A stretch of 64,000 nt of DNA. Origin: Phoronis australis (taxonomy: Eukaryota > Animalia > Phoronida). A program made the position numbers and the translations under genes. The DNA lies in assembly GCA_002633005.1 (NCBI GenBank), contig NMRA01000004.1:1774891-1838890 (forward strand), given 5' to 3'. This document shows, one piece after another, positions 50,666 through 63,272 of this stretch. Below the pieces are notes generated by a model. That model was not told the origin of the DNA. It saw nothing but the letters and a program-made list of their open reading frames with translations, and ran no database searches. Each line of letters opens with the position of its first letter. The first letter of the stretch is position 1.

Positions 50666-52173
50666 TAAGCCATCCGTGGAGTGATAGACTTATCGTGGAA
50701 CAGTCACCTCATTCGTGACCAGATTTTTGACTTTCGGGCAAAGTTAAACGACAAAAACCAATAATCACTTTGAGAGCGAATATTTAGAGCGGTAAAGGAC
50801 TTTAACGTTCCTCTGTATGGAACTCATTTATCTCCTTATTGTGGTGTTTTTACTTGGACTTAAGAAAACTCGTTGAGCACTGACATTAATTACGTTTCTG
50901 AAGCATCAGTAGAAGTGATTGTGTTTCAGGTATTTTCAAAAACGTCAAGGCACGGAAACTAAATTCTGACGGTCGCTCATGCTGTTGCATCGGTGAGTCG
51001 GTGACATCGCATACGTCAAGATGATTCTCTTCATCACCGGAAAGCGCATTTTCCATGGAGGATAGGAAGTCTCATTTTTACAAAGCAGGGCTGAATAGCT
51101 GGCGACATCTGCTCAATAAGCAAAACAAAACTTTAAAAACTTGGCAACCTAACTTTGGGCTGGACGGCGACTCAGTCGCTCAGTTGGCGATCGGGTTTTT
51201 GAGGTCTTGATAAATCCCGTGATTCATTCCAGTGGTAGCCTTTCACGAAGTTAAACTTGCATCCTCAGAAATCACAGATATCTTTGCTTATGACTGCATC
51301 TTAAGCACATTGCATTATTAAACAGTATGCACTGTACATGGCCACCAAAGTTATAGTCCTAACCGACACACAGAGTTGACGAAATATCCCCTCTTCATCA
51401 AAAATGCTTTCCTAATAACGATCAATAAAAGGAAATATTATTCTTGAAGTTCGTAAAAAAGTGTTGGTATTTTTATGGCCAGAAGACCATTGACAGTATT
51501 ATCTTTGTGCAACTAATACATAGTAGCCTCGCTTATGTTTCGATTGCGGACAATGCTAATTGTTTTCGTTTCATTACAGTCTCACCTATTTGATTGCTTG
51601 GGAGGGAATCCCTTAATATGAAAGGCATGCTACCCAAATACTGTAATGTAGGACTTGTCATTTAAATATATCATTTAAAAAGTGGAAGAGAGTGACCCCG
51701 CACCCCCCCCCTCCTGTATCATCAGGTTGTAGTTTTTACCAAAGATTTTTGACCTTCCTTTTTAAAGTGTTGGGCTTATCAGACTTATACATGCAGGCCT
51801 ACTGTCCACTGGCGAGTAGAACGGACTAGTGGTTATGTAGCTCTGGACTAACATCCAAAATGTTCCATGTTTAAACTCCGCCGTGCTTAAGGGAAATGCA
51901 ACCCAATTTCCCACTTTGCGTTTTATTGCGATGTACATGTAGTCGGCTGAAACCATAGTTTTAAAGTAAGGGCCTACCAAGTTCACGAATCACCATAAGC
52001 GTTCTCAATTAACAGGTCGTTATTTCAGAAGCTTCTAAATTGTCGGTGTGACTCCAATCTCAGCCATGAGAGTGACCCTTTGCACCGCATGAAACAGCCC
52101 ATCTGTAGCACCCTTCATCTGATTGCAGGTTGCGAAGGACTAGCTAAAAGGGAAGAAACAGCAAGCAGCAATT

Positions 52174-55100
52174 ATGGATGACATGACTGGAACGTGGCAG
52201 TTTGTAAACTCTGAAAATGAAAATAATGTGGCCAACGCTTTAGGTAAGACCAAAAAACATAGGCTAGTAAGTTGGTTGTAGCCTCTACCCCGACTCATTT
52301 TAAGACTTTCGGCCACCGACAAAAAGAAGCAAACGACAAGCTGTAACAATTTCAGTCACAGTCGGATGCATTTTTCGAAAAGCTGCACAAAGCACTACTA
52401 CACGTAAGCAAAGGTTAACAAATTTTGGACCGCCATGACTTGTCAAGCGATGACTAAACCCGAATAATTCGTCTCCGGTGGATTTTCTTCCCGGAAAAAT
52501 AGCACATAAAAACACATCAACGACTCGATTTTCAAAAAATAACATAGCACAAATTTGTATATGCAAACAATACACGCAGTCTCTGCGATACGCCTTGCCA
52601 CCCCTCCAAACAATCAGTGTGTCTTGTCCTGTAGGTGCTTTAAAAAAGGTTCAGGAGTACTTTCAAATGGCAACTTTATTTGAACGTTTTCCATCTCATT
52701 CATAGATGTAAAAAGTTCCCACGTTTATAGTTGAATATTTTCGTGCCATTTGCGAATGGCGTGAATTTGTTGAAAAATTACGAAATGTTGAAGTTTGGAG
52801 TGCGTGTACACTGCGTACGTATTGATTAAAATATTGTTTTATTTCAGCAGACACATTAATCATTGGTCAAAACTCGGACTACTAATAGCCGAGGTCACAT
52901 TGAAAATATTAAACAAGCAAAATAGGTCAAAATGACAGTTATTATAAGCCTTTTGAAATATTGTGCTGCCACCTAACGATAGAATATAAAAACATTTTAA
53001 ATTACAAATACCCGAACCGGTTTGATATTTGTATTAATAGGTGATGATTTAGGTTTCCAATCTATTTCATCTGATTGAGCACGAGAATGGAGGTGATAAT
53101 TTGTTAACATAAAGTGTGATAAAGTAGAAATTGCTGGAAAATAGAAAAAGTTGAGACAAAAGCGGACCTCAATTCTGGATTAGCTTGACTTCACCAGAGA
53201 CGCTAATACCCCCATCATAAACAGGAGACTCCACAATTGGTGCCATTTAACTTACTTAGCTTAATACGTCCCTTCTGCATATTGAAGTAAAAACTCATTC
53301 ACCTGACCGTTTTGCCGAAACCATTTTAGTGAGCCCCGTGAGAATATACCTAATACGAGGCACAAAGTGGTTGTTATTCCATGCTTATTGAGACATGCAA
53401 CAGGCCAAAAACTGAACATTCATCAACACTTATCAGATTATCCGAGTTTTAATGTATACCCCTAATTTGTTAATTTTTGATCAATTGCAGCCACGGTGTT
53501 CCAGATAATGGACACAGGTGTTATGAAAACAATTGCTTGAATAAATTGATTTCTGTAAAGAAGTATGGACACCTTTCATTTATTCATACAGGTGGTTTTG
53601 TTCATGGTAAAACAAGTTTTAGTGATATTTTGCGTTGTTTTAGTAACGAATTGTGCTTTAAAAGTGTTTAGGTAAAACATGTATCAACAAAAAACTCTAT
53701 TTCGAGTTTTGATAAAGATGATACAGTTCTATGAAATATCGTTGGTCTCGTACCCACAGTAAAGTCATACTTATAAACCAAAATGTATTGCGTTTGGCAC
53801 ATCCTGATATAAATGTGTCAGAAAACATAACGTAGAAAATATATCTGAAACTAAATAAGGCGATCCAGATCCTCCCAAGGATACTATTGTTTCGTGAAAT
53901 GAAGAATATAAATCGGTAAATAAAACAACAAGAATGGATCAACTGAAATTTGAAATTTTCGGAGGTAACAACTTCCTTTATCAACAAAAACAGAAATAAA
54001 GTAAAATCAAACACGAAATGACAATTGACATATAAGATATGGTGTAATATCTTATATGTCAATTGTCATTTCGTGTTTGATTTTACTTTATTTCTGTTTT
54101 TGTTGATAAAGGAAGTTGTTACCTCCGAAAATTTCAAATTTCAGTTGATCCATTCTTGTTGTTTTATTTACCGATTTATATTCTTCATTTCAGAAAACAT
54201 AAAATGTTAAATGTGGACACATTCTTCTTTATATTCATACAGATTTTCTATGAAGGAGGGTAGGTGGGTAGGTGAGTAGGTAGATGAGTAGGTGGGTAGA
54301 TAGATAGTTATGTAGGTAGGTAGGTAGATGGGTAGGTGGGTAGGTAGGTGGGTATACGAAGGCCTTAGCTAGTTATTGTGTAATGTAACAAAGACGAAAA
54401 AGGACTTCTATTATTTACAAAAATACTTTATATTTTGCGAGCTGATTTGTCATAGAATTCAAACAAAAACACTAATCGAAAATTCTCAACAGAGTTTTTG
54501 AGGACAGTGATGAAGTTTCCTTTAACAAAGGTTTCATTAAAATCGACCGAGGGATATTTGGCTATGAATGTACCTTTTTTAAAAATGAATTTTTTTCAAC
54601 GTAATGACAATGATGGCACATAGATATGAAACATATTTTTATATTTCCTGATCTTTTTTTCTTTCAGAAAGTAAATGCTTTCACTGTTTTTTGATTTACG
54701 ATATACGAATTAGAATGGAGGCTACTAAATAAGGTTTGAGAAAATCTTATTTGCTGTTTGTAAAAATAACTCATGTTAAAAACAATCCAGGTTACACTGC
54801 TCGCAGACAACTTAAAGATTATGTAGGCTATTCTGAGGATTTTTATTTTCGCTAAAATCATTACAAAATGAATTTTTGTGCAACCTAGCTTTATCAAATT
54901 CTCAAATCATACCTTTCCAACAAGACATCATTTTTACAAATAAACAGAGCATAGTATACAAATGTTCGTAACACTAAGCTTCACTTGCCGGATTAGATCA
55001 TCAGCAATTTTATTCTTTTTTCATACTCAGCTGGAAATACTGCAAAACATAATCAGACTCATGTTATGTTTGCCTTTTCATAACCAGATTTAAGATCCAC

Positions 55101-57440
55101 AACTTTTGCAACTAAACCGTTTCAACAGTTATTTTTTTCTATCAGTCAATGATTTTTTACCCCAGTACTCGAGATTGAAGGACAAGTGAATAGGCATCTA
55201 CCGCTGGTGGCAGAAATGGCTTTCATAGTTTTTGATTGGCAATGCTGTTGTTTACAGCGCCTTTTACTGCTCAACATAAGTGAAAGTTTAATCTATTTAA
55301 ACTTTGTTTTTACAGAAAATTTAAAACTTAGCAAATGGAACCCCTTAGATAATCAACAAGAAATACTCGAGTTATAAAAGAAAAAAAATAAATTGCCACT
55401 TGAAAGTACTCATGAAATGTTCTCCTACACATCAGGGCCCACTGACAGTTACACCTCCCCTTCATCGCGGTCTCATCTCCTTCACGTCTATTTATAGTCT
55501 CGTCATTAGGCTCTTTAGTGCCTTACCATTTGCCAATTGCTCTCGTACGTCTTTCCATTTACTGAGTAAAAAATCACTCTCATTACATTAATTCCAGGCT
55601 CTTGAAGCTCTTTTTTCATGATTAATTGGAATCTTAAAAACAACTGATTAAAATTGTGTCTTCATTTGCGGAATGTTAGACAATGCCTAAATTACTTTGG
55701 TCAATGGTTTCAGAGGTGTAGTGTGTGTCTGACCTATATTCCTGCAGGTATTCCTGAGCAACTCCAATCTATGATAATGAACTCTCCTAGACCGGAGTTG
55801 ACATATGAACGGGATGGGGAGAAGTGGACGTGCATCACCGGATGTATAGGCGGTCAACAAAGTATTAAGTATAAACTTGGTGAACAGTTCGAACAGATGG
55901 GTGCCACCGGGAATGTACAGGTAACGAGTTAGTCAGTTTAGTATTACAATTAAGCACTTTTAATATGAAGTGAACACATGTATAAAAGGAGTTCGATTTA
56001 GTTAAACGAAAGAAGACCGAGAAGCAGTTATTGTTGTAGCGTACATTTAATCCCCCATAGGATCATGAAAACTGCTACCTTCACCAGTATTGGTTTGGAA
56101 GGAGATATTATTTTAAAAATCTTTCGAAAACGATTGTTGCATGGCTATGGTGTTTCAAACGTAACGACTGGCCGTTCAGTTGCTACGGTCGACTATTTGA
56201 ATGAACAAAAAAGCTACGTATTGACTAACATTTGCAAATCAAACGCAAATACATGTACATGAAAACGACGATGAACCCGATGATGGTATGTACCCGTATA
56301 AAGGTATAGATACAGAAACAGGTAAATAAAAAGTCGTTTTTCAGTTATAAAATGTATTTCAATATGTCATCGACAGATGTTCTTATTTATTGATTGCTGT
56401 CCACTGACTCAACTGCTAGAGAATGCGAATACTAGCAACTGATTAATGATAAGTCATCCAATGTCTTGATATCAGATTAAAAATGTCTTGTGACAGGTAA
56501 CAATTGACTTCAAAGACGGATACTGGACAGAAGAACATATACAACCCGATGGCAAAGTGGTGGAAATCGTAAAGGTTGTGAAGGGTAAAACCTATGACCA
56601 GGTAATGAAAAGTTGAAACTAGATTTTAAATAAAGTTTATACACTTCCAAATGGTTTCATTGTATTTAGCATGTTTAAAAATGCCGAATCATCTTCAAAG
56701 ATGTTTCGGTGTAATAGTTTTCACCCTTGTTTTCATGGACAGTTTTACTTTCTCTATTGTGAACTAAGAGCGTCATTGATGTCTTTGAAATATGATGACG
56801 TTGTGATGCCGTTTCCAATTTTATCTGACATGAATGGTCAAGAAATCTCAAAAAGCTGTAACTGTTACAGTTTCTAAATTATCGTTTTATGCAATTTTTG
56901 AATATTTCCATAACAATCGTAAAATAATTTTTTATAGCAAAAATGGAAATTCTAAAACAATTCAATCAGCGTTGTGAAGACCAGTGCATAAAGGGCAGTT
57001 TGAAAAAGTTTCAGGTGAATATGACCACTCATTTCGAGATATGATGTTCCCAATTTTGCCAAATTTGGACATTTTCTAGGATCTTACATAACCTTAATGA
57101 GTCTGTTTTACAATTTCCATATTCAGGCTGTACGTAAGATTTGAGTGCGTTTTTAATTATTTTCAAAAAGCGCGTGTTTATCTACATAGTCCCGGGATTT
57201 TGCTAACCGTAAGATTTGACCACTTGTCAAAACTGGCAGAAAAGCAAAAATAGTAAGGAGAACTTCAACGCTACGTAAATGTAAAAGGTTGCGAATAACA
57301 AAAAACAAATATTGAGTGCTTATGAAACGAACAAGTACGATTGTTTTTGTTTTTGTTTATTTTAGAAAACAGTCGTGAAAGGTACTGATGGCGCGCCTCT
57401 TGCCTCTGGATCAGCGACGTATAGAAAGAGGGGTTTCTAA
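52174..57440 (+). CDS. Fatty-acid-binding/intracellular lipid-binding family protein, paralog B, 140 aa
   Basis: Exons 52174-52243, 55748-55920, 56497-56601, 57366-57440 (phases 1,0,0). The protein reads MDDMTGTWQFVNSEN...YKLGEQFEQ...WTEEHIQPDG...GSATYRKRGF* and is clearly paralogous to gene A exon by exon. An upstream acceptor lies at 52127-52128. Confidence 0.88.
53895..54192. repeat. Long palindrome: 146-bp arms, 6-bp spacer
   Basis: 53895-54040 is the reverse complement of 54047-54192, with spacer GGTGTA. The ORF track gives mirror-image peptides on the two strands. Confidence 0.97.
54256..54354. repeat. (GGTA/GGTG/AGAT)n compound tetranucleotide microsatellite
   Basis: Visible tetramer run. 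Confidence 0.9.
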
Positions 57441-57663
57441 GCAGCACTTGGCATGTCATTGTTGACCACAATTACCCAAATTAATATCCATACCATGTCA
57501 ACGGAAACAAAATCGTAACTATTCCGCATTTTCTTAAGACCCTCATGACACAAGTCATTCTGTGCTCACCATGATAATTCATCTTTCTCACTAACACTGA
57601 TGTCGGCCTTAACGGGACACAAATCAGGATGCTTTCAAACGCTTAAATGCTGCTGTTATGCAG

Positions 57664-60600
57664 TAGTCGGTAAGCCAGATTTTGTAGGGCCTCTAGAAAA
57701 TGGTTTTTGTGAGTACTTTAAGGGGGCAATTTTATTTTGGTGTTTTTTAGTTCATTTATTAGAGTGTTTTCAAAATCTAAAAAGTTCCCACATAAAAGTT
57801 GCACATTTTTGAGAAATTTGATTTTGAAGTTACCTAATAATCACCAAAGAGCTTAGTAAACTTATATTTGTAAAAACAACAGTTTTGGTGACTTTTTTGT
57901 AAAACAAGTAATATGGCCCCATCAGTGCCATTGTATTGAACAATATTACACTCACATTACATGTTTTACTATTGTAAATTAATTGTAAACAGTGAAATTT
58001 AAAAAACGTAAAGAGACATCTAGTGGCAAAAATACAAACTAAGTCTGAATATTTCTTGGAAGTTATTCTGGCATTGTCAGGCAACAAAAATAACACAAAA
58101 CACTTGAGACTGGGCAAAATTTGTGCCTCAATGACTAAAACATTGACTAATGGTGTAAAATACAGCTTGTTTGCATAATACACCAGAAATATGTTATAGT
58201 ACAAAAACAATATAGTTGAATGATCTCTGTGAATGTGCACAAAGACTGTATTAAAATAGATTATTCTGACAGCGTTTATTAAGCAGTATGAGACAAATAC
58301 ATGACAATGATCAAAGTATGTACTTTCTATGACTTAATCAACAAATAAAATTAACTTTTTAATACAAAAAAGGAAATAACGGGGTTGGAGGTCTATTTAG
58401 GGTTGGCCTGTCAAAGAACTATCCAATGTTATGCAGTCAGTGTTGCTGATGTTACTACAGTTGTCACAGCTGCACATTTCTGTACAGTTTGACCCAGCAT
58501 TGCAGCACAAACTCAGTTTCCCAGCACACATGTTCTTTTTGCACTTGCAGCGTTCATCGTTTAGTACTGTCAATGGAGATGCGGTCATTGCCATACATAT
58601 TAACTGCAAAGCTCCACCGCCAAGGAGCCAACTATGGTCGATTAGAGAGGGTACAGCACTGCACACTGGTGATTAGCCCGCAGGCAATGAAGGGTCAAAC
58701 ACTAAGTCCTTGTTTGGAGGCGGGCACTATTTGGGCAAACGTTTGATTCAAAATATGTTACAATGGGCTGTGTTAATTAGAGTCAGCAAGTGAATTATTG
58801 AACACTAGCCTCAATTCACTTTCGTATCTCTTAGTCGGGCACAAACTACAACAGTGAGTAGCTTCAACAATATTTCTTAAGATTGCCTGTCCAAATAACT
58901 TCATGCACACCAGCTTTCTGAAGAACAGCTTCAAAGTCTTGCTTTAGTTTTGAAAGGCAAATGACATCTCCTTGTGTTAGAAGCTTCGATTCAATGAACT
59001 CCAAACAAAACTGTAGAAAAACATCTCTGAAAACTGTGAATTCGTCACTCTTCACAATCGTTGTCTTTCTATTTTTTATAGCATGATGATCTGTGGTACT
59101 TGGCTTCTAAGACACAAGGTCTTTATCTTTGAATTTCATTTGCATATTCAGGGCTCTGGACTGAGCTGTTGCTTGCGATACAAGTCCAACTGAAAAAAAC
59201 CCGAACTGTTAACACTAATTTAACATTCAACTATGAGTGAGTTGGCATGCAACTTTTTCAGACGGACTTATCAGGAACTGATCCACCACCAGCCTAACAA
59301 ATTTACATGCCGTCTGATCTGTAGCCTAATAATGTTGATCGTCTAATAATTAGATCAGTTGATGCAACTGAAAATAAATCAGCTGATATACCAGTGCAGT
59401 GATTGAAATTTAATTTTTTTAAATCAGATGCTCAAACCATAGTCAATCGATTTACACTTAAGGTAATCGACGTTTGACGAAATGGACAGTGGCTTCCATC
59501 ATCCTCAAATTTCGACGGCGACGATGGCCACTTAGGCACTTTAATTTAATTATCATTGCAGCTACCTAAGTAATTAATGTTTACAAAAAATTGAGACTAC
59601 GGCAGGGGATGACGGCCACTTGGGCATGTTGTTTGCAACTATCTACTCCATTTAACCTTCTCAAAAATTTTTGACTTAAAGTGCTTTAAAATCACACCCA
59701 CAGTATAACGCCATAGGATTATCCCTTAGCGCAAGCAGTGTCGATGTGGCAACTGAATGGAGTGTTCGAAAAACAGGATTGCAGGAGTATTTGTTTAAAC
59801 TGGGAACAAATGAAAACATTAACGACCTCCTCAGAGGCATCTCTCTACGCGGTACTTCTAAACTTATAGGAACATAATTTGCCGAAAAGTATCCGGCATA
59901 TGAAGTACCTATGGTATGATCATCGTCTCTACTGGGTCAGCAGTATTGTCTAAGGCCTAGGCAGCCAAGGGGCTGAACAAGTTAAAAAACAACTGGTGAT
60001 AATACTGAAACACACATGGAAAACACCAAGATGTATTTTTAAAAAACACGTACCTGTTTTTGAAAGCTATACTTCTTTCTCTTTCTTGAAATGTGGCCCA
60101 TAATGTACTTTTCCTGCTAACAAATGATGCACTCATGTTTCAGAATGTTCCTATCTTGTTCAGGTTAATTGGGTGTTTCAGATTTTGGAAGTGATTGATT
60201 TTCTTGGGAAATCTTGGATAACATCTGTATCACTTTCAGCAACTTCAGCTTTAGTACTACTGTTGGTGCCTTGAAACGTTGCTATGCCGTTCTATGTCCT
60301 TTCAATTTTCTGGTCTGACACTTGGTATTCTAGTCTATAGCACTCAGCAGTATACTGTGTAGGCTACCAGGACATGCAGCTGTTTTCTGCACAAAAGTTT
60401 GTGACATCTCTTTTTCTTTTTGATCTACTGATCTACAGACTTCCACAGTCAATCAGCTTTCGTCAGGAAGCTTTCCTAAGCTTCTTTAGGCTCTGACATC
60501 ACAATTTTGTGCTGTTTGATAAACCTTGAATTATACAGACATCACATTCCATGGGAGCAGCCATATTGAAGGAACTAAGCACAACAATACAATCTGGCTC

Positions 60601-60822
60601 TCTGATTGGTCAATTCACTAGAAAAGCGCCATCAAGTGGCAGGAACGTGCATCATATTTTGTGCAACAAAAACACCTTTTTTAAAAAAATGTGCAAGTGT
60701 AGACGTGGGAACTTTTTGGAATTTGATTTATAGGTATATTATCTAGCCAAATAGAAAAAACTAGGTTGCCCCCCCCAAAGTACTCACAAGGATGAACGCT
60801 ATGAGATCTGGCCCACTGACTA
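57664..60822 (-). mobile_element. Academ-type DNA transposon deletion derivative
   Basis: CAG|TAGTCGGTAAGCCAGAT ... ATCTGGCCCACTGACTA|CAG: TAG..CTA termini, a 3-bp TSD and ~150-bp imperfect TIRs. A minus-strand remnant PSLIDHSW...CKCKKNMC...CCNAGSNCTEMCSCDNCSN (58430-58666) resembles the Cys-rich C-terminus of Academ proteins. Confidence 0.75.
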
Positions 60823-61282
60823 CAGGTCTCCATCAACACCAATTAAAAATAACCTGCGAATGTTGCGAACAGGCACAGTCATTAAAACTTTGGCCAATCC
60901 TGTCAAAAGTGAAGCCATTTTGACACTACATGCCACCGACCATTTGAAAGAGTTTGTTTGGAGATTGGAATCATTCTGTATCATGAAAGCAATAGGTTTG
61001 TGACATGGTTTGTTTGGTTGAATGATCTGGTGTGTACTACATTTAGGCAGTGGGTGCATAAAGCTTAGAAAAAATAAACGCTATATACCATTTGTCGTTC
61101 TCATTGTTATCAGCGTTCTTCCTCCTGTTTTGAGAACAGCCAACATCTTGTCGAAACTTAAACCTCGTCGTACTTCTACAGCCATACGTTTTGGTGTGAG
61201 ACATCCAATCTTCTTTGTACAAATGTCATGTTCTCTACTACCGGTGACACTTGTTATAAAAGCACTTCCTAGACTCTAGAAG

Positions 61283-61890
61283 TTATTCAATTTATTTCAG
61301 TTTATTTCCTTGTAGTACAAACGCCTCCGGAACATATACATAGCTTTACATTACAAAGTAACGTATTTGCATCGTCTCTTCTACCAGCAGCCAACAAACA
61401 CTGAGCTTAATTTGAAATATTGCATTTCAACATGATGTTTTTCAGAGTAAGTTCACAGTTCAAATTATTAACGATCTTGAAAGTTGTTCTTAGGTCGTCA
61501 TAAAGCGAACACTCATTCAAAAATGATCTTCTACAAAATGTAGATCACAAACAGTAAACAGTCTATTGTTTGTAGGACTTTTCCTCTTCCTCCTTGTAGC
61601 TTGTGGTTAGAACATCTAAATATTGCCAAAACCTTCAAATACTTTCTGCTTTTTAAGCTTGTGACATAGGTTTCCATAATTAAGTGTTGTTTACATAATC
61701 TGTAAGTATCTAATTTACTAACATCTAACAATTCCTCCTGCCACTGCTGCCCGGCTATTTCTAAATTCCGTTGTTTAAACTCACTCATAACAACACAATC
61801 GTTACAAACAAATTACATTTCCCAAACGACGCCAATTCCCGATAACAATACCTGTTCTACACACAACGCCCAAAAGTTGACATTTCGTTC
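61283..61890 (-). mobile_element. 3' end remnant of an L2/CR1-group LINE
   Basis: SKLDTYRLCK...ETYV...LAIFRCSNHKL..GR, a frameshifted C..EDHFL.EC..YDDLR zinc-knuckle, and an AATAAA/TGAAATAAA-type tail. It is cut by the Kolobok insertion. Confidence 0.75.
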
Positions 61891-61896
61891 AGTTAA

Positions 61897-63272
61897 AGGC
61901 GAAGGCAACCTTTTTTCATGTCATTTTTAGCAAAAATAAGGTTCGTTGGTTATCCCAGACATATTTTACACTTAATTGAAATTTTTCTTAATTTAATTAA
62001 TTTTTGGGAGGCAAGAATTTCGCGCCATTTTGGCTCAGCGTTGAGTTTAGTGTGAGGATCTGTACTACTTTTGTTTTCGGGCTGTTTTTCTAAAATTGTC
62101 TTTACCACTTCCCATCGACGAGTTTTGTACGACAAACTAGGTTGTTAGATAACCCAATTACGTTGGATTTAGGGATTCTTTAGAGTTTGTATTAATCTGA
62201 AAATGAGGAGTCGGCGACCTATATCACATTGACAGTAGTGACTTGAGTAACGGAGACATTGTTCATATAGCAGTGGTGACGAGGAATTTTTTCACGGACA
62301 GTAATTGGGTGGGTATACTTTTTATGTTTGAGCCTGAGTATGAGGCAGAGAATGCACAGGCACAACTGTCCCACTTGCCCCAGTGTTCCGCAACACACTC
62401 CCACTGGATGGTGACCTGAGCACCCAAAATGCTTACATCCCGCCGTGTGACTCCCTCGCCACACACCTGGCACTTTCTAAAAAGCTCCAATAATTTAGAA
62501 AAGTCCACAATAAACTTATCAAAGTTTGGCTCACCGATCTGTTCGTTGGACGACGAACTGTCCTCTTCACTGGGTGTCAAACTGGGCCTGTATTCACTCC
62601 CACAACTCAACATCGCTGCAGGGCTGCTCACAGGCTCTGTGTTAGAAACAACAGCACAGGGCGAATCACTGCTACTCCAAGAATTGCACGCTCTATACCT
62701 TCAGAGGCACGGGTGACAGTAGATGAAGTGCCTCCAGTCACTGTAGTGGCCATAGATCGCGAGGCTTCTCGCTTCAAAAGCGCACTTCTCGGTGGTGGCG
62801 ACGGAGCACTGCCGGGAATCAACAGCTACGGTATCGCACGCCTTTTCAGGCGTTGTTTCGCAGGGACCTTTATCAATTCAGAGAACATATCCCTCTCGTA
62901 ATATGACGGCAGAAAATTCTTACCACACACTCGGTAACCCTCTACTGCTTTGAACGTTGCGTTGACGGGTAACGCTGCGTTCTTCACACGAGCGAGCCAA
63001 GTTCGGCGAAGTGTGTTATCCTTTGGAAAGCAATGCAAAGCCTGGTATTACCAAAGCGCGTGAGACGATAATGAGTACATCCCGGTAAGCAGCAACAGTG
63101 TGGCATGTTGTCTGACTTTGTAAACAAAAGCAAACGACGACCGAACTTATCAAAACCGAAGTAAAACAATGACTGACTGGACAGCTCTCACAGTCAGACT
63201 ATATGAAAAGAAATTGGTGCGAAATTCTTGCCTCCCAAAACGTCAATTCCGGAGTAGAGGACGAGTAATTAA
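61897..63272 (-). mobile_element. Kolobok family copy (THAP pseudogene) with the native short-TIR right end; its left end is interrupted by the satellite element
   Basis: TTAA|AGGCGAAGGCAACC at 61897. Minus-strand MPHCCCLPGCTHY..FPKDNTLRRTWL..VCGKNF and KFIVDFSKLLELFRKCQVCG..WECVAEHWGKW are homologous to 33568-34310. Confidence 0.88.

Noticed and set aside
59730-59880. ATEWSVRK..LQEYL as a Crypton/DUF3504-like remnant
   Set aside because: Too short and frameshifted to support without a profile search.
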